Shown here piece by piece: positions 36,877 to 45,327 of a stretch of DNA of 64,000 nt (its first letter is position 1; every line of letters starts with the position of its first letter). This stretch comes from Candidatus Fermentibacteraceae bacterium (lineage in GTDB: Bacteria > Fermentibacterota > Fermentibacteria > Fermentibacterales > JCC-6), in the NCBI GenBank assembly GCA_041750285.1, contig JBGSZS010000009.1, positions 1 to 64,000 of the forward strand, given 5' to 3'. The position numbers were made by a program, and so were the translations under genes. Below the pieces are notes generated by a model that was not told where the DNA came from, ran no database searches, and was given only the letters and a program-made list of their open reading frames with translations.

Positions 36877-38013
36877 TCAGTGACGAACCACAGTGCCATC
36901 ACTGGAATCTGAAGGTGTATCCGTGTCATCACTATCACGGCAAAGGGTTTTTTCGGTGTAGGGGTTGTTCATCAGGCGAACCAGCCCGGCGTAGCCGGTC
37001 CTGAACCTTACCGTGTCGCCGACCCTGACCGATGGACCATGCGAACCCAGGTTCAGCACCGTGACATCGCTGCTTGCACCGGCTATCTGAAACTCCGGGT
37101 TCACGGGCGAAAGCGAGGAAACCTCAGTATCCAGCTCACCAACAGTGACTACAGCCCTGTAGCCCCTCTCGCCGGGAGTGTGGCTGCCGCTGTCCACAGT
37201 GTTCTGAAATGGATGCAGGTCATCGCTTGTCTCACCGAAAGGTATCAGGTTCTTCTCCTTGACCTCGATGACCTCCGCCTCGAGTGTGAAGGCATCCTCT
37301 CTCAGGCCGGGCAGTGTTCCCCCGTTCATGAGGTCTGTGCCAAGAAGGATGCTCTCACCCACCCTGAAATGGTTCAACTGTCTGGGAACCCTGCCCTGCA
37401 GCAGAAAAGGCAGTGTGGCACTCGCACCGGCAGATATGAGTGGGATCCGTCGGTCGAACTTCAACTCCAGGAGTTCCCGGTAGAGAACGAGCTGCATCGT
37501 CTGGTCAGAGTTGGGAACGGTCCCCGAAAGACACCCAAGGTTGGATCCGATGCCCAGGACTTCAATATGCTCAAGGTTGAACACATCCCTGTATGTTCCC
37601 ACGAGGCTTCCCGGCAGAATTCCTTCCCGCAGGTCCCCAAGCTCTATCATCAGTATCACTTTGTGCACGACACCCTGCGTCTCCGCAACCCTGTTGAGTT
37701 CCTTCACCGTACCCAGTTCAGTATTCAGCGAAACATGGGCGTGGCGCACGACTTCCGCCTGCTCGACCGATGCGGGTGCCCGGAGAAACCATTTCTCCAT
37801 CCCTTTGCACAAGTGTTCGAGGGCGACAAGATTCGTGATCCTGGAATCGGCCACCGAGGACACGCCACTTGCAACGAGAGCTTCGACCGCAGGGGTAAAA
37901 CCGCACAGCGCTTTGGTGACGACCGTAAGGGAAGCGTTGTGCCGGCTTACCCAGTCATGGACCGTTCTGTAGTTGTGAACCAGGGCGTCGGTGTTGGCAA
38001 CGATCCTGTTCAC
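36877..38013 (-). CDS. Alanine/ornithine racemase-family PLP enzyme
   Basis: VVTKALCG (PLP Lys), ADSRI, MIELGDLREG, GIGSNLGC, HFRVGE, GASSD. Confidence 0.88.
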   Translation of the reverse strand: MNRIVANTDALVHNYRTVHDWVSRHNASLTVVTKALCGFTPAVEALVASGVSSVADSRITNLVALEHLCKGMEKWFLRAPASVEQAEVVRHAHVSLNTELGTVKELNRVAETQGVVHKVILMIELGDLREGILPGSLVGTYRDVFNLEHIEVLGIGSNLGCLSGTVPNSDQTMQLVLYRELLELKFDRRIPLISAGASATLPFLLQGRVPRQLNHFRVGESILLGTDLMNGGTLPGLREDAFTLEAEVIEVKEKNLIPFGETSDDLHPFQNTVDSGSHTPGERGYRAVVTVGELDTEVSSLSPVNPEFQIAGASSDVTVLNLGSHGPSVRVGDTVRFRTGYAGLVRLMNNPYTEKTLCRDSDDTDTPSDSSDGTVVRH

Positions 38014-38456
38014 TCAAGCCTCATCTCGGCGTACCTGCTTCTGAATCCCAGCCTCTCATACAGACGCTTCGCGGGATTGTCGTACTCCACATGGAGCTTG
38101 ACCGCGGCACCCCCGCACTTTTCCATGCTCTGCAAAATCAGAGAGGTTCCGATCTTCTCGCCTCTTCTCAGAGGACTCACCGCGACGTAAAGAAGAAGGT
38201 AAGGCGGAACAAAGCCCCTCATATGCGTTTCAAGCATCACGAGCGCACCCACGGGGGAACGGCCGTCCATGGCCAGGGCAACAAAACCGCCTGCAGAAGC
38301 AACAGGAGAAAGTGCCTGTTCAATACCGCTTATTATATCATTGATTGGGTCTTCATAGGGCTTCAATGACTCGTGAAGAAAACTTGCCAGCTCTGACAGG
38401 CCAATACTTGCAGAAAGGTCATCAATATTTTCGATAAGAGTTATTTCGTATGAAAT
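38010..38456 (-). CDS. GNAT N-acetyltransferase (probable ATT start, 148 aa)
   Basis: LLYVAVSPLRRGEKIG and LHVEYDNPAKRLYERLGF motifs. The frame is open upstream of TTG 38366 to ATT 38456, 6 nt after AAAGGAGG. Confidence 0.85.
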   Translation of the reverse strand: MSYEITLIENIDDLSASIGLSELASFLHESLKPYEDPINDIISGIEQALSPVASAGGFVALAMDGRSPVGALVMLETHMRGFVPPYLLLYVAVSPLRRGEKIGTSLILQSMEKCGGAAVKLHVEYDNPAKRLYERLGFRSRYAEMRLE

Positions 38457-38610
38457 TTCAGTCCTCCTTTGTTACATAATTTTATTTCGTTTTTATAATA
38501 TACCATAACACATTGCCCGTGTAAACCCCCCACCCAGCAAGTCCGCCATCTGACACTTGGCAAGTGCCATGTTCTTGGTTACGTTTCGATCGTGGGGGTG
38601 TGATCAATAC

Positions 38611-39828
38611 ATGTCTGCAAAGTTTGTCACCGGACTGGCGGGCGCGGGCGACTCGGTCGCCACATCTGAGAATGCCCTTGAGGAAGCCATGGGCAAGCTC
38701 GGAGGCTCAACCCCCGGGCTCGCGATGGTTCACGCCTCATCAAACTGTGACTACAGGAAGGTTCTGGAAACCGTAAGGGCCCGAGTCGGGAGAATCCCCC
38801 TTATCGGCTGCTCCACGGCAGGCCACTTCACAGAAAACCGTGTCGGGGCAGGAGGTGTGGCTGTTGGCCTGCTCTCTTCCGACTCAATGGTTTTCTCCAC
38901 GGCAATTGCACAGGGGATAAGGAACGACCCTGAAGATGTGGTCAGAAAGCTTGCGCAGGGCATTCCCACTGTGGAACCAGGAAGGCACCTCACTGCCTTG
39001 CTGTTCGCGGACGGTCTGTCAGGAGCGGGCGAAGAACTGTCCCTCTGTGCCTCCCGGCTTTTCGAGAGGTATTCGGGAAGCCCGGTGACTCTGATCGGTG
39101 GCTTTGCCGGCGATGACCTCCAGTTCCGCGAAACCAGGGTTTTCCATGGCCTGCAGGATTCGTCCGATGCCGCTGTAGTCTGCTTCATTACATCGGAGAA
39201 ACCGTTTCACACTGGGGTGAAGCACGGTCATACGCCTCTGAGCCAGCCTCATACGGTGACACTCGCGAAGGGCAACAGGGTTTACGAGGTTGACGGCAGA
39301 CCTGCGTGGGAAGTGTGGTCGCGGGAAACAGGCTACGCAATGGAGCATCTGAAATCCAGATACCGCGTAAACAGCCCCGAAGACCACTCCAAACTGGTAC
39401 TGGGCAATTTCGAACTTGGGCTGTCCACCGATGGCGAGGAGTACAAGATCCGCTTCCCCATGTCCGTGAACCCCGACGGCTCACTGGTTTTCACCTGTTC
39501 TATCCCCGAGGGTTCGGTATTCCGCATAATGGACGGCAGCAATACTGACGCCCAGATCGAAGCATCGATGCTCGCTGCCCGGGCCGCTTTCACCGATGCC
39601 GAAAGTTCCGGTCAGAAGGACTTCGCCGGAATGCTCGTATTCGAGTGCGGGATACGCCTGGCCCTTCTGCGGGACAGCTTCACCATAGCAATCGACTCGT
39701 ACCGCAAACTCCTTCCCGGCAAGCCTGTTCTGGGCTGGGAAACATACGGCGAGATTCGCATGCCTCCCGGAAGCTTCAGCGGTTTTCACAACACGACAAC
39801 GGTCGTGGCACTGATTCCGGAGATCTGA
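38611..39828 (+). CDS. FIST N/C domain sensory protein
   Basis: LIGCSTAG, FADGL, GGFAGDD, HGHTP, VYEVDGRPAW, FECGIR, GWETYGEI, FHNTT. Confidence 0.9.
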   Translation: MSAKFVTGLAGAGDSVATSENALEEAMGKLGGSTPGLAMVHASSNCDYRKVLETVRARVGRIPLIGCSTAGHFTENRVGAGGVAVGLLSSDSMVFSTAIAQGIRNDPEDVVRKLAQGIPTVEPGRHLTALLFADGLSGAGEELSLCASRLFERYSGSPVTLIGGFAGDDLQFRETRVFHGLQDSSDAAVVCFITSEKPFHTGVKHGHTPLSQPHTVTLAKGNRVYEVDGRPAWEVWSRETGYAMEHLKSRYRVNSPEDHSKLVLGNFELGLSTDGEEYKIRFPMSVNPDGSLVFTCSIPEGSVFRIMDGSNTDAQIEASMLAARAAFTDAESSGQKDFAGMLVFECGIRLALLRDSFTIAIDSYRKLLPGKPVLGWETYGEIRMPPGSFSGFHNTTTVVALIPEI

Positions 39829-39831
39829 AGC

Positions 39832-41658
39832 ATGGATGCTGAAGGAAGGTTGTCGAGTCCGTTCGATACCCCTTTCATGGTCCCGGTAAGGGAGATCGTG
39901 CTTGCGCTTGCTGAGATCTCCAGTATCGAGGCAGCACAATCAAGGGTAACAGATTCTCTTGCAGCGATCGACCTGCAGAACCGGAGCGTCCTCACACCCA
40001 AGCAGGCCGGTCGGCTCTGCTCCCTTCTCATGCGGCAGGGCGGTCTTGTGTCCATGGTCGCTGAGAGCTTTATCAACAGCCTCGAGAAACGCCTTCTCAA
40101 AACAGTGGAGCAAACGCTCTGGCGCTCCGAGGAGATGCTGGGGACCCTGGTCGACACCATTCCGTCTGCCATATACATGAAGGACACCCAGGGGCGCCTC
40201 ATCCTCGTGAACGAAGCATATGAGAGGATGGCGGGAAAAACCCGCGACCTGATAATCGGATGCATGGAGAGAGACGTCCTTCCGGAAGACACGTCGATTC
40301 AGAATGGCAGGGTTGACCGTTGGGTCCTTTCCGAGGGAAAGCAGTTCCGGCACGAATTCGGCATGGAGTCTTCGGGGCGGCACCATATCTTCGAAGCCGT
40401 CAAAACACCCGTCAAGAACGGGGAGGGTGAGGTGGTCGGTCTGCTGGGCGTTCTTAACGACGTCACCGACAGCAGGTTGATTCAGGAGGAGCTTCTCAAG
40501 GCGGTCAGACTGGAGTCGGTCGGGCAGCTCGCCGGCGGTATCGCCCACGACTTCAACAACCTCCTTACAGTGATACTCGGCGCGGCTTCCCTCGCGGCTC
40601 GAAAAGCTGAACAGGGCCAGGATCCGGGAAACACACTGCAAAGACTCCAGGAAGCCGCTCAGAAGGCGAAAGCCCTGACGCACAGGCTGCTAACCTTCAG
40701 TACCGGCGGGGCCCCGATAAAGAGCATCACCGATTTCCGGGAACTGCTTGAAGAAGCGGTGGAGCTAGCGATCTCAGGCACCACGATCCGATGCGTTTTC
40801 GAGTTTCCCGATGAACTCCACATGGTTCACTGCGACAGCAGCCAGGTTTCCCAGGCGATTCGCAGCATTGTCCTCAATGCGGTTCAGGCCATGCCTGGCG
40901 GCGGGACCATCACGGTATCGGCGGCAAATGTCAGGATCAGCGATTCCAGGATCAGGGATAACCAGGATAAAGGGGAAAGCCTTCCCCTGGATTCGGGCGA
41001 ATACATAAGGTTCTGCATCAGGGATCACGGTTCAGGGATACCCCGCGAGATAAGCTCACGCATCTTCGATCCCTACTTCACCACCCGTGACAAATCCACG
41101 GGACTTGGGCTGCCAACAGCTTACAGCGTTCTGAGGCGCCATCGCGGTTTCCTCAGGTTCGAACCTCCCCCCGGGGGAGGCGCCGCCTTCTACGGCTACC
41201 TGCCATCCGCGGGCGATGTCCCTGCACAGAATGAAACTGGCAAGGTTTCCATGGGCAATCTGAGAATCCTTGTCATGGACGATGAACCCATGGTTCTGGA
41301 GACCATCGGAGAGATGCTGGAAGCCCTTGGTCATTCCGCCGGGCTGGCGGACTCCGGGGAAAAGGTTGTCAGAATGTACGAAGAAGCCCTCGAAGCAGGT
41401 GCCCCCTACGACCTTCTGATCCTCGACCTCACGGTTCCCGGAGGCGTGGGAGGTGAGGAAACCCTCAAAATCCTGATGAGCAGATACCCGGGCGTGAAGG
41501 CTTTCGTCTCAAGCGGTTACTCAAACAACCCCATCATGGCCAACCATGAACGATTCGGCTTCGTGGGAGTTATAGCCAAACCCTACCACCTCGAGCAATT
41601 GGGGGACACAATACTGAATTATCTTGCGGCGGAAGGGCAGAATACAAAACACGAATAG
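39832..41658 (+). CDS. Hybrid sensor histidine kinase (PAS-HisKA-HATPase-REC)
   Basis: PAS IYMKDTQGR; H-box GGIAHDFNNLL; DHGSGI, FDPYFTT, GLGL; receiver VMDDE...ILDL...KPY. Confidence 0.93.
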   Translation: MDAEGRLSSPFDTPFMVPVREIVLALAEISSIEAAQSRVTDSLAAIDLQNRSVLTPKQAGRLCSLLMRQGGLVSMVAESFINSLEKRLLKTVEQTLWRSEEMLGTLVDTIPSAIYMKDTQGRLILVNEAYERMAGKTRDLIIGCMERDVLPEDTSIQNGRVDRWVLSEGKQFRHEFGMESSGRHHIFEAVKTPVKNGEGEVVGLLGVLNDVTDSRLIQEELLKAVRLESVGQLAGGIAHDFNNLLTVILGAASLAARKAEQGQDPGNTLQRLQEAAQKAKALTHRLLTFSTGGAPIKSITDFRELLEEAVELAISGTTIRCVFEFPDELHMVHCDSSQVSQAIRSIVLNAVQAMPGGGTITVSAANVRISDSRIRDNQDKGESLPLDSGEYIRFCIRDHGSGIPREISSRIFDPYFTTRDKSTGLGLPTAYSVLRRHRGFLRFEPPPGGGAAFYGYLPSAGDVPAQNETGKVSMGNLRILVMDDEPMVLETIGEMLEALGHSAGLADSGEKVVRMYEEALEAGAPYDLLILDLTVPGGVGGEETLKILMSRYPGVKAFVSSGYSNNPIMANHERFGFVGVIAKPYHLEQLGDTILNYLAAEGQNTKHE

Positions 41659-41765
41659 CGGGTTCTGCATCATACCGAAGTCCGGAACTTGCCGTAGATT
41701 CTGCGTGAAACAGGCGACAGACTGAATTGCGCCGTTCCGGGATCAGATGCGGGATGCCCGGATCA

Positions 41766-44036
41766 TCATTTCAGGCAGTATATCTGAAACCTGTTGATGC
41801 CCTCGTCATCGCGAACCTTGTGCACTCCGTGTATCTCACCCTCGAAGCCTGGGAACATGGCCTCCAGCTCCTCCACCGCGCCAAGGTAGTCGATGATATG
41901 CCTTGTTTCCTCGGTGATCATCTCACCGGGCATGATGATGGGGATGCCCGGCGGATAGGGAACGACCTGCACAGCCACCACCCTGTCCTCAAGCGACCTG
42001 ATGCTCACCCTCTCCACCTCGCCCCTTACCATCCCCCTGTACGCCTGGCCGGGTGTCATGACCTGCCTCGGCAGGGTTCGGAAGCATGAAAGCATCCCAT
42101 CCACAAGGCGGTACTCCCTGAGGAAGGTGTGCATCCTCATGCAGAGCTGCTGGATCGTCATCTCACCGTATTCGTCGGGGTGTGTCTTCACGAGGTCGGG
42201 CAGGATCTCCTCGAGCTCCACGTCCTCGTCGTAGAGCTCCTTGAAACGGAACAACTCCGCAAGAAGGGTACCGGACTTGCCCTTCGTGATGCCTATGCTG
42301 AAAAGCAGAAGCCAGGAGTAATGGCCCGTCTTCTCCACCATGATGCCCCTGGATCGAAGCCACTTCGTTACGATGGCCGCGGGAATGCCCCACTCGTCAA
42401 GATTACCCTCGCGATTGATTCCGGGGGTGGCAAGCGTCACCTTGAAGGGATCCAGCATTATGCCGCCGTCATCCATGCCGTTGAACATGTGCCAGGTATC
42501 CGATGCCTTGAGGGTCCACCACTCCTGCTCGGCAAGAAGCTGCCTGTCCTCGACGTCCAGAAGGTTGTCGGGCTGCCACGCGGTGAACCACCACTTCCGG
42601 GACGGGTCCGACTCCGAATGCATTATCTCGCTGTTGATGGAAGCCATGGTTTTCCTGAACACGACTGGTTCGCGGAGGGCCTCCTGCATCATCCTTACGC
42701 CGGCCTTGCCCTCCATCATCTGAGTAGACACATCCAGAGTGGCGATCATGCCGTACTGGGGTGAGGTTGAACTGTGCATCAGGTACGCCTCGTTGAAGAC
42801 ATCCGGATCGATCCTTCGGTCCGACCCGTCGCGGTAATGCACCATCGAGGCCTGTGACATTGCGGCGAGTGTCTTGTGTGTGGACTGCGTGGCGAAGACG
42901 GGCATTTTTGCCTCTTCGTTTGCAGTTCTGGGCGTCATGGCGTAGTGGCCCCGGTAAAGTGGATGAAAGTGCGCATAGGCAAACCAGGCCTCGTCGAAAT
43001 GGATGCCATCGACAGTTTCCGACAATGCTTCAGTTATCCGAAGCGTGTTGTAGCACAGGCCGTCATAGGTGCTGTTGGTGATCGTGGCAAGGCGTACCCT
43101 CGAGTTCTTGTCCATGATCAGGGGACATTCCTCGATCTTGGTCCTTATTGCCTGCTCGTCGAACTCCTTCAGTGCGATGGGACCGATGGTTCCGTAAGGG
43201 TTTCTCGTGGGTTTGAAGTAAATGGGGACCGCGTCGGCAAGAATGATCGCGTGGTTGATGCTTTTGTGGCAGTTCCTGTCGACCACCACCACATCGCCCC
43301 TGGTGACCATCGAGCTCCATACCATGAGGTTGGCAGCACTCGATCCGTTGGTTACGAAGAATGTCTGCGATGCATTGAACACCCTGGCGGCGTGTCTCTC
43401 TGCGGCTCCGATCGGACCCTGGTGGTCGGGAAGGGATCCGAGCTCTGGAACAGAGACCGAAAGGTCGGCCCTGAACATGTTCTCTCCGAAGAAGTCAAAG
43501 CACACTTTCCCGGCGGGTGTCTTCATGAATGCGACTCCGCCCATATGCCCAGGCGTGTGCCAGGAGTAACGGTACTCTTCGGCGTATTTGACAAGCTCCC
43601 TGAAGAATACGGGAAGTATGCCTTCGATGTAGGAAAGTGCAGCCTTCTCGATCCTGCCGGCGATGAAGTCGGGCGTGTCTTCAGCAAGCCAGATGTATCC
43701 GTCTATCTCCCTGAGGATTCCGATCGGAAGTTTCTCGACGCTGAAACGGTCGGTCATGAGCAGAACCGGCAGCACGTCGCTGAATCGTCTGATCCCCCTT
43801 AAAAAATCCTGCGGCATGTCGGTTTCGGTGTTCCAGTCAACAACGGCGCATCCCAGGTTGGGATGGGTGTGGAAATCACTCAGGCCGTCTGTGCAGTTTT
43901 CAGCCTTGAGAACGGTAAAACCCGAGTTCTCAAGCTTCTCCGCAATTGCCCGCACCCTTCTCCCCTCAAGGGTGTGTGATCCGATCTCGCCACTGACAAT
44001 GAGGATGGGAAACGATCCTCTATTTACTGCCTTCAT
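41766..44036 (-). CDS. Orn/Lys/Arg decarboxylase, long form with N-terminal wing domain
   Basis: WHTPGHMGG, TNGSS.AN, DRNCHKS, NSTYDG, HFDEAW, QSTHK (PLP Lys), SSTSPQY, PYPPGIP, FPGFEGEIHG. Substrate cannot be assigned by eye. Confidence 0.93.
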   Translation of the reverse strand: MKAVNRGSFPILIVSGEIGSHTLEGRRVRAIAEKLENSGFTVLKAENCTDGLSDFHTHPNLGCAVVDWNTETDMPQDFLRGIRRFSDVLPVLLMTDRFSVEKLPIGILREIDGYIWLAEDTPDFIAGRIEKAALSYIEGILPVFFRELVKYAEEYRYSWHTPGHMGGVAFMKTPAGKVCFDFFGENMFRADLSVSVPELGSLPDHQGPIGAAERHAARVFNASQTFFVTNGSSAANLMVWSSMVTRGDVVVVDRNCHKSINHAIILADAVPIYFKPTRNPYGTIGPIALKEFDEQAIRTKIEECPLIMDKNSRVRLATITNSTYDGLCYNTLRITEALSETVDGIHFDEAWFAYAHFHPLYRGHYAMTPRTANEEAKMPVFATQSTHKTLAAMSQASMVHYRDGSDRRIDPDVFNEAYLMHSSTSPQYGMIATLDVSTQMMEGKAGVRMMQEALREPVVFRKTMASINSEIMHSESDPSRKWWFTAWQPDNLLDVEDRQLLAEQEWWTLKASDTWHMFNGMDDGGIMLDPFKVTLATPGINREGNLDEWGIPAAIVTKWLRSRGIMVEKTGHYSWLLLFSIGITKGKSGTLLAELFRFKELYDEDVELEEILPDLVKTHPDEYGEMTIQQLCMRMHTFLREYRLVDGMLSCFRTLPRQVMTPGQAYRGMVRGEVERVSIRSLEDRVVAVQVVPYPPGIPIIMPGEMITEETRHIIDYLGAVEELEAMFPGFEGEIHGVHKVRDDEGINRFQIYCLK

Positions 44037-44239
44037 TGTGCCCTCTCCTCAAAACTGTGGTAAAACCAAACCGGGCCGATGCGGAAATATACATTCCTGG
44101 AAAGGCACAACCCTCGTTGATGCCGGGAACTGCCGATGGGGCGACGCCTATGCGTGATTTCATGTTTTGCATCAAATGACAAAACACTCGTAAAAGCTGT
44201 TCGAACACTGACCTGCGGAAGCCGCATCGATGTGATGGG

Positions 44240-44251
44240 ATTGTATACAAT
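44240..44251. promoter_or_regulatory. Perfect palindrome ATTGTATACAAT, candidate GntR-family operator
   Basis: 12-bp palindrome about 200 bp upstream of the decarboxylase start. Confidence 0.35.
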
Positions 44252-44265
44252 TTCGCATTAAAAGG

Positions 44266-44302
44266 TTACGTCAACAAACTAAACTATCTAAGTCCGTCCC
44301 CC
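44266..44302 (-). repeat. Third, slightly diverged copy of the 38-bp repeat arm
   Basis: Minus strand GGGGGACGGACTTAGATAGTTTAGTTTGTTGACGTAA; 33/37 identical to the 18455 arm; contains the TAG stop of 44288-45226. Confidence 0.88.
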
Positions 44303-45226
44303 GAACCATGAGACGGTGCGGGCGAGGCCATCCGAGAAGGGGACTACGGGGGTGTAGCCGAGGATCTGCCCGGCGAGGGTGATCGAGGCACATGAGTGCA
44401 TCACGTCGCCGGGGCGGGAATCGCGGTGAACCGGAATGATGTCGGGGCGGCCCACGAGACGGGCGATCTCCGATGCCAGGCGGTTCACGGTCACCGAGCC
44501 GTTGCACGCCACGTTGATGACCCGGCCGGGAGCATCGGGAGCCTCCGCTGCCAGAAGGTTTCCGTGCACCACGTTGGCCACGTAGGTGAAGTCACGGCTC
44601 TGCTCACCCGAACCGTTTATGCATGGCGCCCTTCCCTCACGGAACGACCTGATGAAAAGCGGAATGACGGCGGAGTACGGGCTGTCGGGGTCCTGATGGG
44701 GGCCGAACACGTTGAAATACCTCAGGGCGACCGTTTCAAGGCCGTAGATCCTGTTGAAGACCTGGAAGTAGGCCTCGCCCGCAAGCTTGCTCACCGCGTA
44801 GGGCGACAGCGGCATGGGGGGGAGTGTTTCATCCTTGACCTCGCTGGGGGCGTTCCCGTAGATGGATGACGATGAGGCGAACACAACCCTTCTTACACCG
44901 GCGTCGACAGCTGCGTGAAGGACATTCAGGGTGCCCCCCACGTTCACCTCGTTGGAGGTGATGGGGTCGGCAATTGACCTGGGAACCGATGGCAGTGCGC
45001 CCTCGTGGAAAACCACCTCCACATCCTTCATGGCCTGTTGCACGATGTGGAAGCTGCGGATGTCGCCCTCGAGGATGTCAACGTCCGAAGCGACTTCCTC
45101 GAGGTTCTTCCTGTGCCCGGTTGAGAAGTTGTCGAGTACGCGGACACTCCTGCCCCTGGCCAGAAGCTCCCTGACTATGTTGCACCCGATGAAACCAGCA
45201 CCGCCGGTGACAAGGCAGATTCCCAT
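44288..45226 (-). CDS. UDP-GlcNAc/UDP-glucose 4-epimerase-like SDR (WbpP-type)
   Basis: TGGAGFIG, LPSVPRSI.DP, ASSSSIYG, SPYAVSK, LRYFNVFGP.QDP.SPYSAVIP, QSRDFTYV. Confidence 0.88.
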   Translation of the reverse strand: MGICLVTGGAGFIGCNIVRELLARGRSVRVLDNFSTGHRKNLEEVASDVDILEGDIRSFHIVQQAMKDVEVVFHEGALPSVPRSIADPITSNEVNVGGTLNVLHAAVDAGVRRVVFASSSSIYGNAPSEVKDETLPPMPLSPYAVSKLAGEAYFQVFNRIYGLETVALRYFNVFGPHQDPDSPYSAVIPLFIRSFREGRAPCINGSGEQSRDFTYVANVVHGNLLAAEAPDAPGRVINVACNGSVTVNRLASEIARLVGRPDIIPVHRDSRPGDVMHSCASITLAGQILGYTPVVPFSDGLARTVSWFGGRT

Positions 45227-45327
45227 TGAAGACCCTTTCCTGACGTGGCCCGAAAACCTTTGGGGGACGGACCCAGTACGTCAAAACTAACCTGCGCCGC
45301 GCGAGACAGGCAATGGCGTGTTTCCGC

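Noticed and set aside
44037..44265. Lysine or other riboswitch upstream of the decarboxylase
   Set aside because: Small hairpins are present, but I could not match the conserved cores of lysine, SAM, guanidine or c-di-nucleotide riboswitches. An Rfam scan is needed.
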